Part shown: in pieces, positions 10,485 to 19,230 of the stretch | How the letters are laid out: the number at the start of each line of letters is the position of its first letter | Position numbering within the stretch: the first letter of the stretch is position 1 | Source: a virus | Taxonomy: Duplodnaviria > Caudoviricetes | DNA length: 64,000 nucleotides | Reading direction: 5' to 3' (one strand) | IMG/VR virus record: IMGVR_UViG_3300028833_000061 | Span: 128,001-192,000 of that record | Notes under the pieces: generated by a model | Databases searched by the model: none | Seen by the model: only the letters and a program-made list of their open reading frames with translations | What the model was told of the DNA's origin: nothing | Translations under genes and position numbers: made by a program

Positions 10485-10883
10485 CTACTCGGTTGTATCC
10501 GGCTTGGCAACGTTAAGCTTTGTTACCTCGAGCGAATTCAATCCACTGTTTATGAAACCGACATCGTCGTTGAAAACAACGTCCACGTCAGTCTTCTTGG
10601 TACATGCTCGCAACAGCGCCTTTTTCCACATAGCCATGAATCCGACTATTATTCTAAGACGGACGCCCTCCTTCTCCTCGTCGTTCTCAGGATTTGAAAC
10701 AAGATTTACCCACTCGTTATTGTAACTATCTGTGTTGAACAAGTCGTCAAGCAGGTCTTTCAGCGAATCATAATCGCCTAGCGTGTCCATGAACGGGGTC
10801 TGCTCCTTGTTGCCTAGAAGCTGTTCTCCAAGCTCCTTGAAAGCATCCTTCAAGGTCGCTATTGTCTTGTCTATATCGCTCAT
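10485..10883 (-). CDS. Hypothetical protein
   Basis: 132 aa ORF coupled (ATGA) to the sigma factor gene. Confidence 0.6.
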   Translation of the reverse strand: MSDIDKTIATLKDAFKELGEQLLGNKEQTPFMDTLGDYDSLKDLLDDLFNTDSYNNEWVNLVSNPENDEEKEGVRLRIIVGFMAMWKKALLRACTKKTDVDVVFNDDVGFINSGLNSLEVTKLNVAKPDTTE

Positions 10884-11590
10884 GACAAAGCAATGTCCTG
10901 TATCATCCTGCCAATCGCATCGGCTCTTTGAGATACCCTCGGAGCACTTATTCCAAGCCTATTCGCTATTTGGGCCGTAGAGGCCGGTCTTTTTCCGTGC
11001 GACCCTGTTCTAAGATCGTACAAAAGTTGGTCGTCCGGGCCTAGCGACATATACACGGCATCTGCTGCAAACGGTACCGTGCTTGGCGTATATACGCCGG
11101 GCTGCTGTGCCTGCTCCTCGTTTGCTACGTCGTTCATTTCAAAACGGCCTGTGTTGATCGACGCCGCGACCTGATGACGTATGCGCTGTATTCTCTTTGG
11201 AGATATTCCAATCTCGTCTGCCAACTCGATGTCGGTAGGGGCTCTGCCGAGCTCGTCTTCTAGCTGCTTGGATACTCTGTCTATCTCCGCAGCGTGCCGT
11301 ATGGCAAGTTCTGGAGCCTTCACATCCCTTAGACCCTGGCCATACCTTGAAAGCTGCTTCAAGTTTGTCGTAACCCATGACTGCAGTTTTGCTCCGCTCA
11401 TAGGGTTGAACGTCTTTACCGCTTTTACGGCAATAGCCTTCGCCTTAGACCGAAGATGGGTCTTCGGACCCTCGTATCGCATTATTTCCGAATTTATAGT
11501 AGGCATCAACGCATCAAGAACCCCGGACATGTTTTCCGGGGTCTGGTCGACAACCCATTTATCGTATGCTTCCTGGTAGCTACTCTTCAT
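10880..11590 (-). CDS. RNA polymerase sigma-70 family factor (FliA/SigF-like, regions 2-4)
   Basis: Region 2 AVKAVKTFNPMSGAKLQSWV, region 3 LEDELGRAPTDIELADEIGIS, region 4 HTH STAQIANRLGISAPRVSQ; ATG 11590 preferred over TTG 11674. Confidence 0.88.
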   Translation of the reverse strand: MKSSYQEAYDKWVVDQTPENMSGVLDALMPTINSEIMRYEGPKTHLRSKAKAIAVKAVKTFNPMSGAKLQSWVTTNLKQLSRYGQGLRDVKAPELAIRHAAEIDRVSKQLEDELGRAPTDIELADEIGISPKRIQRIRHQVAASINTGRFEMNDVANEEQAQQPGVYTPSTVPFAADAVYMSLGPDDQLLYDLRTGSHGKRPASTAQIANRLGISAPRVSQRADAIGRMIQDIALS

Positions 11591-11648
11591 TTGCCTGGAT
11601 AATACTACTAAATCCGTGTTATTGCCACACTTTATTGACCGGCTTATC

Positions 11649-13226
11649 TCATTCAGCCGTAGCGCCGTCTCCAAACACTTTATTTTCTGGCATTTTTCCT
11701 CCTATGTCCGGAGGGTCTCCGCAGTATGCCATATTTACTGTAAACCTGCACGTTCCTCCAGAGCTGGACCCCTCGACTACAATACCCGTAACCATGCCGG
11801 TTATGTCCTTTCCTCCGGTACCGACAGATACCGATGCAAACGTACCTATGCCAGGGAAACTGTCTGCCACTAGCGCGCACGACGCAGACACAATCTGTCT
11901 TGCCTTATACTGCTGGCAGAAGAGCGCCTCGGCCGTAACATTATGAACATCGTCAAGAATGGTGATAGACGCTGACTTGCTGTTACCGACAACATTTATA
12001 GAATCTGCTGGATCCTCTACGTGATCTCTCGGTACGACGTTATCGTCTTCAGAATGTGTAGAAGTTTTTCCGCTGCTTGCAGGATTTGACACCAGCTTTG
12101 CAGCCAGTCCTAGCATCTTTCCAAGAAAGTCGGGAGTCGTCGTGTTTATTATCGCTCCCTTTGACGAATAATAAAACATGGTGTCGCTAGAGGCATTTGC
12201 CGACGCATCCAGTGGCCTGAAGCTGCCAAGGGTACTTACTATAGTAGTGTCGGCATTCGTCGAAGTCAGACGTATTCCACAGATAGGGGACGTGTCGGGA
12301 GATATTTTCACACTCTCTATTATTTCATCTGGTATTGCAGTTACACTTTCTCGACCAGCCCACGGGTTAAGCTTCTCCAGAGATGCCCGTTCGTCGTCAT
12401 AGTTTATACGAATATAGAATCCAAGCATTCTCGCAAGAACAAGCACGGCGTCAAGCGGAACAGAGTTTCTAAGATCAAAAAACTGGTAGGCAAGCATAAC
12501 CTTGCAGGCCTTTTCAAGCGCAGACATATCTGCGTTTCCCCAGTTTATGCCAGCAGAATCAACATAAGGAAGACCTAGAGAATCGTCTATATACTCTGAA
12601 AGCTTTACGTTATACACCTCTGCGGCAGACTCTATGTTCCACCTTACTCCGCCTTCCCTGGATCCTCGGTCATCTATCATCTCCTTCAGCTTTTCAGTTA
12701 CGCTATCGCCAATCTCTATAATTCCACCTCCGTCGATATCATTTGCGAATTTTTCAAAGTCAAGACCACTCACATAGAAAAATCCAGGTGTAGACCTAAG
12801 CCTGCACATGGGATGTTCTATCTGAAGAATAACACCACCAGGACTAGTCTTATTCTGTGGCTGCAGCGTGACGTTTGTTATTTTCCATCCGTCCAACGTC
12901 ATACTGGTTAAAGGAGCCGAAAATCCGCCAGAGATAACCTCTTCAACGGTTATAGTCACACTTACACTGTTGCTGCTGTCATCTCCCTCCTTGAGATCGT
13001 TAAGAATATCGAACGTCTTAGTTTCGGCGCTTCTGCTGGGGTCGTCGCTCTTGTACGCCTCGAACGTTTCCTCAGAAGAATAGTTAAGAGGAAGAACCAG
13101 GTTTGCATATGGAATTATGTTTATACCCCACGCAACACTGAAACTATTTGCGTGACAAATCCCTTCAAGACCCGGCACAGACACAGTGGCGTCTACGTTA
13201 AGTATTCTGTAAGAGTCAGCCGCCAT
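11649..13226 (-). CDS. Putative baseplate hub protein
   Basis: Beta-rich ~525 aa between tape measure and wedge genes; AGGAGG precedes ATG 13226. Confidence 0.45.
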   Translation of the reverse strand: MAADSYRILNVDATVSVPGLEGICHANSFSVAWGINIIPYANLVLPLNYSSEETFEAYKSDDPSRSAETKTFDILNDLKEGDDSSNSVSVTITVEEVISGGFSAPLTSMTLDGWKITNVTLQPQNKTSPGGVILQIEHPMCRLRSTPGFFYVSGLDFEKFANDIDGGGIIEIGDSVTEKLKEMIDDRGSREGGVRWNIESAAEVYNVKLSEYIDDSLGLPYVDSAGINWGNADMSALEKACKVMLAYQFFDLRNSVPLDAVLVLARMLGFYIRINYDDERASLEKLNPWAGRESVTAIPDEIIESVKISPDTSPICGIRLTSTNADTTIVSTLGSFRPLDASANASSDTMFYYSSKGAIINTTTPDFLGKMLGLAAKLVSNPASSGKTSTHSEDDNVVPRDHVEDPADSINVVGNSKSASITILDDVHNVTAEALFCQQYKARQIVSASCALVADSFPGIGTFASVSVGTGGKDITGMVTGIVVEGSSSGGTCRFTVNMAYCGDPPDIGGKMPENKVFGDGATAE

Positions 13227-13698
13227 CTCTCGACCTCCTGACAGCCTCAAGTTGCGCTACAAGCGCAAGCAAACACGAAACCTCGGTGCTGTTTCCGTCT
13301 AGCGAGACAACTCCAATTCGTTCAAGTACATCCAGCATAGAATCTATATCGTCAAATCCAGTCTTAGCAAACAGCACTCTGGATGCCACGGAAGGCTCTA
13401 TAGAATTTACAGACACCTGTACATACTTGTAGTCATCGGGCAGCGGCGTAACTCTTTTATCATAGAACGTGACGAACCTCGCAAAATCTACACGGTCAAG
13501 CATCCTACAAATAGAATTCACGATATCTAGCCTGCCTTTTATCCCTGCGCCTGCAAAAAGCCTGTTCTCGATTATATCTCCAAGTCTGGCAGGTATGCTA
13601 AGCGGAACGAACTTCTCATCGATATAGAACTCGCCATCCAGGCCTTCTATATCGGAGTACATTCTGTTTAAAAGAAGTGTCTTAATGTGATTTACCAT
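13216..13698 (-). CDS. Hypothetical baseplate-region protein
   Basis: ORF packed between neighbours in tail operon; start at ATG 13698. Confidence 0.55.
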   Translation of the reverse strand: MVNHIKTLLLNRMYSDIEGLDGEFYIDEKFVPLSIPARLGDIIENRLFAGAGIKGRLDIVNSICRMLDRVDFARFVTFYDKRVTPLPDDYKYVQVSVNSIEPSVASRVLFAKTGFDDIDSMLDVLERIGVVSLDGNSTEVSCLLALVAQLEAVRRSRDGG

Positions 13699-13699
13699 T

Positions 13700-14182
13700 T
13701 TAATCAAGTGAAGTCATGAACGTCAGTGTGACTGTAACCGCGTTCAATCCGGGGTCGTACCCCTTTATGTACATCGAAATAAGGAATCCTGTCGAATACT
13801 TACCGTCCTTGCCTATCGTAATGCCTACCTTTTCTCCCTTTGAAACTCTATTTTCATCGTACCAATCGGATATCGTGCCAATAACTGACACGTTGTCACC
13901 TGTCGAACAGCTCTGTGTGACGCCTAAGAATATCAAAACGGTTACAGAGCTTCTGCTCGTTCCAACATCGCTTCCGTATGCAAATACATAGTTTCTTTTT
14001 CCGAAGCACGGCATTACAGAATACCTTTCAGCACACGCAGCGCTAAAATCAAGCACAAACGCATTATTGTTACTCAAATCGTCAGTAAGTCCATCTATAT
14101 GGACTATTGACGACGCATCTAATCCGTCTGTCGGGTACCGTACTACGGTTCCCTTGTCTATCTCTCCAAAAATGTCTTCCAT
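13700..14182 (-). CDS. Putative tube-like baseplate/tube initiator protein
   Basis: 160 aa beta-rich, right after tape measure; CFGKRNYVFAYG resembles TFGKDVIMAKG of tube protein 21888..22358. Confidence 0.5.
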   Translation of the reverse strand: MEDIFGEIDKGTVVRYPTDGLDASSIVHIDGLTDDLSNNNAFVLDFSAACAERYSVMPCFGKRNYVFAYGSDVGTSRSSVTVLIFLGVTQSCSTGDNVSVIGTISDWYDENRVSKGEKVGITIGKDGKYSTGFLISMYIKGYDPGLNAVTVTLTFMTSLD

Positions 14183-14197
14183 GGCTACTGTTCTAGA

Positions 14198-17100
14198 TTA
14201 CAAGGATGGATTTACTGCCGGAGCTGACGATGAGTCTGATACCTCAACCGAGCATCCAGGAACGATTGATACGAATATAGGATTGTCCGACGAAGACCCG
14301 ATAGAAGCCTGTTCTGACTCGCCCTGTTTCACATTAACGTCGTCTAGCTTATAACTGCCGCCTGTGCCCCTTTGCTCTTCTGTTTTAGCTGCCTCCTCTG
14401 TGCTTCCTACGTGCTTTCCTGCAGTGGCTGTAGCTGACTCTTCACGTATGATTTCAGCGTTTTCACTCATACTTCCGCCTTCTACCGGAGCTTCTGCACC
14501 GCCAGCTACTGTAGGGGTAGACCCCTTGCCAGGTACATCTTTTCCGCCAGCAACAGCGTTAAGTTCGTTGGTAATGGCTTCTTCGTTGTCGACTATCTTG
14601 TCTTTCCAGTCTTCAGAGACATTGCCTTCTTCGTCTAGTATTCCAAACTTTGTAAGAATACCCTTTACCTTGGCTATGCCAGCAGCCTTCTCTTCGTCGG
14701 TAGTGCCAGGCTTGAACATCATATCAATTGCTTCATCGAGATTGCCGGTAGTAAGTCCGCTTATCACAGCCTGCGACATCGTCATATATGCAGCCGGTGC
14801 GTTTTCGTCGACCATAGCCTGTATATGCTTTCCAAGCATCTCAAGGTATTCGCCAGTAGACAACACCCTCTTATCGAGAGACTTGAGCGAACCAGACAAC
14901 TTGTTTGCGGCAACCATCGCACCACCAAAACCAGAATCTGCCGCATTTGCTGTAGCAACTGTCTCTACTACACCACCCATGTCTGCATCTGATGCAGCCA
15001 GTGCAGTTCCGCCAACCGTTTCAAGAGCAGAAAGAAACTTCTCCTTGTCCTCATCCCCTAGGGCGGCTACAGCCTTGTATAGATCTTCTCCACTAAGTCC
15101 GGAAAGAGCAGCGAGGGCTGAACCTTCTTCGGCGCCTTCTGCCGCTTTCTTGGCAGCCTCTGAGAACATTGTGTCCACGGTAGCTCTGTTGTAGCTCCTG
15201 TCTCCTATTGTAACTACGTCCTGAAACGCTGTTTCGGAACCCATGACCTTGATAAGAGTGCGGGCGTCTGTACCAGAAAAAACCTTTTTCTTCTCTCCGT
15301 TCTCGTCTTCAATTTCCAAAGCAGACAAGGCTGTGTCGAGCTTCTCGTTTACTTGATTATCAGCAAACACATCCGCATACTCCGAGTTAGGTCCAGTCAG
15401 CTCGCCAAGCTCTCTGTAGGCCTCTTGCATCTTCTCGTCCCTGTCCGGGCCTGTAGCGTTCTTGGCCTCCTCGAACTTCTTTCTTACGCCTTCAAGCTTT
15501 GCCTTGAATTCGGCAGCCTTCTCTTTTCTCTTGTTCGTCTGGTCGGCGTCATACTTCGCAGACCACTCCTCCTTTGTGTCTCCGAAGCCCAGCTCCTTTA
15601 TCTCTTCGTCTGTCTTGCCTTCTGCCTTGAGCTCGTCTCTTTTCGCTTTGTATTTCTCGTATTCGGCATCTTTTACGCTGTCATACTTCTTATCCTTGAA
15701 ATACTTGTCTCCAAACGCCTGCTCGTCTTCCGCGAGTCCGACAAGTGTGTCAATGATTGCCTCTCCGCCTTCGAATACAAGACCACGCTGATTCTCGTCC
15801 AAGTGCCCAGCTCCGGCATAGTATCTCCTGTCAACAGAAATACCGGTCTCACTCGCACGAATCTCGTCCGCTATCATTCTAGCCGTCTTCGTGCTAGATC
15901 TAGCCGTATGGATGTCTGGGCGTGTGAACGTACTATTGGTGTATACGAGCGCTACAGTGTCATCAGAGGTCAGAACGCCTCCATCGGCCGACAACTCGTT
16001 CAACGCATTGACAACCGCTTCGTCAGAGCCATCTCTAAGTGCATCCTGCACTATCTTCGCCGTCTTCGCATCTACCTTTGTAAGACCTGAATCCCTTAGC
16101 TGCGTCAGTACCTTTCTAGCGTCGGCAGCCCGTATTCCGTCAGACGCGTCTCCTCCGTGGGATTCTATTATCTCCTTTATGCGATCTTCATTGGTCAAAG
16201 CAGTTTTCGAGTCCAGCTTCCTGTTTGCAAACTCATTCGTTACAGCATCCGCAGCGGCTGCAGTGGCATTGGTTCTAAGCATAGTCACGAAATCTGAATC
16301 GCCTAGATTCCCGGACATCTCCTCGAACACTCGTAAAGCAGCACCTACGCCACCATCCTTGTCGTCTTTGTGCTCCTGCATAGCCTTAAGCATATATTCC
16401 TCTAGAGCGCCTGCGCCTGCGATCTGTCCTGCATGATCGTGTAATGCCTTTTGTATCTCGGCAAATTTGGCCTGGTTTGCTTTTTGTTTGATGTCTTCGC
16501 TCTTGTAGCCTGCATCCTTTGCCATGTTCGTGGCCATGTCGAGACCGGTATTTGCGATTGTCCTTTCCATGATGGACCGGTCTTCCCTTGCCGATGCCTG
16601 CAGTCCTCTATCCAGAAGATCATTCAACGCTTCAGGGTCGTTTCCTACGGCATCCGCAAACATTTTGTATGTCGTATCGTTGAATATATCCTCCCTCGTA
16701 AGCCCCATTGCGTCGGCTACCATCGAAACAGCCATAGACATGCTCCTCTGGTCGCCGCTGGAAAACAACTGTCCTATTCTATGTGCAGTGGTGCTGTCAC
16801 GGGCTATGACGCCCTTCATCATCGCATATTCGAAAGCTGTCATGGCCTTGTTGGCCGAAGACCCTGCGAACTCTATCGCGCGCCAGTTTGCCCTGGCCTT
16901 CAATCGCTGCACCTGCACCGGATTAAGGCCAGCTCCGCCATCCTGCATGTTCGCGAGCTCATTTGCGAGAAATCTTTGCGATATTCCTTGTACGGTAGGA
17001 GTATTTACATACCCGCCTGCGACATCTGCCGGAGAGTATCCCATAGCTTGTTGCACGCCTGCCATTCCTGTCGCAAGCATATTGCCTACAACCTGATGGT

Positions 17101-18094
17101 CGAGTCCGTTCATCTGGCCAAGCGCCTGCAGTCCTCGTGTCTGATTTACAACACGTTGCAGCGCGTCGGCAGACATATTGGACCAGCCGCCTCCTGTTAT
17201 CTGGTTAAGCATTCGCTTTGCTGCGTCTGCGCTTCCAAACAGATCTCTAAACGCCTCGAGCGTCTTTATCGCCTGCTTTCCTACGGTTTCGAATCTAGCA
17301 CCGAGATCCTCTCCTGCACCGGCCGACGCTGCTACTTGCTCAAGCACACTGGATACGTCAGATATTGAAAATCCGCGCATGAAGTCTTCGTTGCGTATAA
17401 ACGTATCGCCTTTGTACATGGAAGCACGTGCCGCACGAGTATAATCATTCACTACACCGCTAGCTCTGTCGCTCCAAGTGTTTGACAGAACATTCCTGTC
17501 CTGCATCATTATACTCCTCGACTCAGGACTTAACCGAGACATCGTCAGCGCTTCGCTTCGCTGCGCAGCACGGATTCCCTCTAGACCGTAATCCTCTACG
17601 CCGAATATCCCCTGGAATATGCTTATAGCTGTATCAGACAGCCCGGACTCGTCGTTCAGTACCGACTTTTCAAGCTCATCAAGTTCGGCCTGCCTTGCAG
17701 AATCGTTTCCGGCAGCTCGTCTTGCAAGTCCGGTGAGAACCTTTCCAAACGCCTTTCTTGACTGCAGCCTGCTGTTTCTTACGGCTCCTCCCATGCGCTT
17801 TGCGTTGTCAGAGAACCTACCATAGGCATATGCACCTAGTTCTCCGGCGTTAGGCTCGTTCCACGAAGGAATCCTGAACGGATTTCGCATCCCAAGCATG
17901 CTACGAGTAACATAATCCATGATGACAGAACCGAATTCGCCAAGCATGCCTGAACCGCCGCCGACGGTTGTATTATACGGATCTACAAACGGATCATCCT
18001 GGCCGGCAAAACCATACGTTCCAACGGCAATATCTCCATATATGTCGTTGGCCCTGGCCCTATTGGCTCCTCCGTAGTAGTATCCTTGGCTCAT
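14198..18094 (-). CDS. Tail tape measure protein
   Basis: 1298 aa Ala/Gly/Glu-rich helical protein directly downstream of the frameshifted chaperone pair. Confidence 0.8.
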   Translation of the reverse strand: MSQGYYYGGANRARANDIYGDIAVGTYGFAGQDDPFVDPYNTTVGGGSGMLGEFGSVIMDYVTRSMLGMRNPFRIPSWNEPNAGELGAYAYGRFSDNAKRMGGAVRNSRLQSRKAFGKVLTGLARRAAGNDSARQAELDELEKSVLNDESGLSDTAISIFQGIFGVEDYGLEGIRAAQRSEALTMSRLSPESRSIMMQDRNVLSNTWSDRASGVVNDYTRAARASMYKGDTFIRNEDFMRGFSISDVSSVLEQVAASAGAGEDLGARFETVGKQAIKTLEAFRDLFGSADAAKRMLNQITGGGWSNMSADALQRVVNQTRGLQALGQMNGLDHQVVGNMLATGMAGVQQAMGYSPADVAGGYVNTPTVQGISQRFLANELANMQDGGAGLNPVQVQRLKARANWRAIEFAGSSANKAMTAFEYAMMKGVIARDSTTAHRIGQLFSSGDQRSMSMAVSMVADAMGLTREDIFNDTTYKMFADAVGNDPEALNDLLDRGLQASAREDRSIMERTIANTGLDMATNMAKDAGYKSEDIKQKANQAKFAEIQKALHDHAGQIAGAGALEEYMLKAMQEHKDDKDGGVGAALRVFEEMSGNLGDSDFVTMLRTNATAAAADAVTNEFANRKLDSKTALTNEDRIKEIIESHGGDASDGIRAADARKVLTQLRDSGLTKVDAKTAKIVQDALRDGSDEAVVNALNELSADGGVLTSDDTVALVYTNSTFTRPDIHTARSSTKTARMIADEIRASETGISVDRRYYAGAGHLDENQRGLVFEGGEAIIDTLVGLAEDEQAFGDKYFKDKKYDSVKDAEYEKYKAKRDELKAEGKTDEEIKELGFGDTKEEWSAKYDADQTNKRKEKAAEFKAKLEGVRKKFEEAKNATGPDRDEKMQEAYRELGELTGPNSEYADVFADNQVNEKLDTALSALEIEDENGEKKKVFSGTDARTLIKVMGSETAFQDVVTIGDRSYNRATVDTMFSEAAKKAAEGAEEGSALAALSGLSGEDLYKAVAALGDEDKEKFLSALETVGGTALAASDADMGGVVETVATANAADSGFGGAMVAANKLSGSLKSLDKRVLSTGEYLEMLGKHIQAMVDENAPAAYMTMSQAVISGLTTGNLDEAIDMMFKPGTTDEEKAAGIAKVKGILTKFGILDEEGNVSEDWKDKIVDNEEAITNELNAVAGGKDVPGKGSTPTVAGGAEAPVEGGSMSENAEIIREESATATAGKHVGSTEEAAKTEEQRGTGGSYKLDDVNVKQGESEQASIGSSSDNPIFVSIVPGCSVEVSDSSSAPAVNPSL

Positions 18095-18106
18095 TCAGTG
18101 TCTCCG

Positions 18107-18553
18107 CTACTTATCTGCTTTTTCAGTTTCCTTGGCCTCCTGAGCTTTCTTTTTAGCTTGCTCAGCCAGCTCGCGCTGCCTTTTCTTGTATGCGTTATAG
18201 TATTCTGCCAATTCTCTTCCGTTTGTCGGTCTGCCCATAGCTCTGTTAGCTTCTACTTTAGACTTCTTAACAGCATCGCGATGCTGGTGCATTCCTATGT
18301 ATGGAAGTATGTCGAAAGCCTTTTTCGCTGCATCGTTGGCTCCAGAAAGAGCCTTCGAGTCCTTCGGGCCTGAAGCCCATGAAGCTTTGGCTACGTAATC
18401 TGAAAGCCGTATGTTAAGCAGATCCTTCGTTTCAAGTACGTCTCTCACAAACCCTTTCGTTATTTCTGAATGCGGAAGCCTTAAAGACGTATTCGCAGTG
18501 TGGTCTATGCAGTGCACGCGCTCTACTTCCCGGTAGACCCACCGGGATTCCAA
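18107..18553 (-). CDS. Tail assembly chaperone, -1 frameshift extension (GT-like)
   Basis: No ATG at the frame start; -1 frame relative to 18523..19221, entered at slippery heptamer A AAT TTT. Confidence 0.7.
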   Translation of the reverse strand: MESRWVYREVERVHCIDHTANTSLRLPHSEITKGFVRDVLETKDLLNIRLSDYVAKASWASGPKDSKALSGANDAAKKAFDILPYIGMHQHRDAVKKSKVEANRAMGRPTNGRELAEYYNAYKKRQRELAEQAKKKAQEAKETEKADK

Positions 18554-19221
18554 AAATTTTCATCTCTAGAAGCTCCAACCATCTTCCAGTATTTAGCCTC
18601 AAACTCTACAAGAGCTGCACCAAGTGCAGAGATTAGAGACTCTGGCTTGCTGCGCCATATATCCAAGTCAGCCTCCCAAGCCGGCGGATGTACACCATCG
18701 AGGTCCTCAGTAAATTTCAGAGGCTTCTTCATTTCGGCGTACTCTACGCCATTAATTTCTGCCACCTGTGCAACAAGAAGGGCGGCTAACGACGTATCTG
18801 ACACATCTGCCTTCGTTACGAACTTTCCGTCAATCCCGCTCTTATGCATATATGCCAATATAGCCTCGGTCTCGTCTACGCTTCTCGACCTAAACTTCAC
18901 CCTTAGATTTCCGCCGAAAAGATCAACGGTCTGCACAAACCTATTACCGGTTGTCACGGCCTTAAGAAACTCCAGCTTGTCGCTGTTTGTTATAGTGACG
19001 CGCTCCTGGGTCTTGTCGAGCACGGTCCTGTCATCATCTGCGTTGTCAGCAGATCGAACTAAAGTGTCGAACTTCTTGACCGTGGACGTATCTGTATCTG
19101 TCACGCCCTTCAATGGAACATATGTATCGTTCGACGGATTCTTTGCTGCAGTGTTTTCTTGCGGGCCTTGCGCCTGCGTGGGCTGGGCGCCTGCGTTTTC
19201 TTTTGTTTCGGTTATTTTCAT
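18523..19221 (-). CDS. Tail assembly chaperone (G-like)
   Basis: 232 aa, upstream of tape measure, ends ...DENFWNPGGSTGK with slippery site. Confidence 0.7.
   Translation of the reverse strand: MKITETKENAGAQPTQAQGPQENTAAKNPSNDTYVPLKGVTDTDTSTVKKFDTLVRSADNADDDRTVLDKTQERVTITNSDKLEFLKAVTTGNRFVQTVDLFGGNLRVKFRSRSVDETEAILAYMHKSGIDGKFVTKADVSDTSLAALLVAQVAEINGVEYAEMKKPLKFTEDLDGVHPPAWEADLDIWRSKPESLISALGAALVEFEAKYWKMVGASRDENFWNPGGSTGK
18553..18559 (-). promoter_or_regulatory. Programmed -1 ribosomal frameshift heptamer A AAT TTT
   Basis: GAA AAT TTT TGG in frame 0; canonical X XXY YYZ phasing; -1 frame open for 148 codons up to the tape measure gene. Confidence 0.75.
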
Positions 19222-19230
19222 TTTTGCTGG

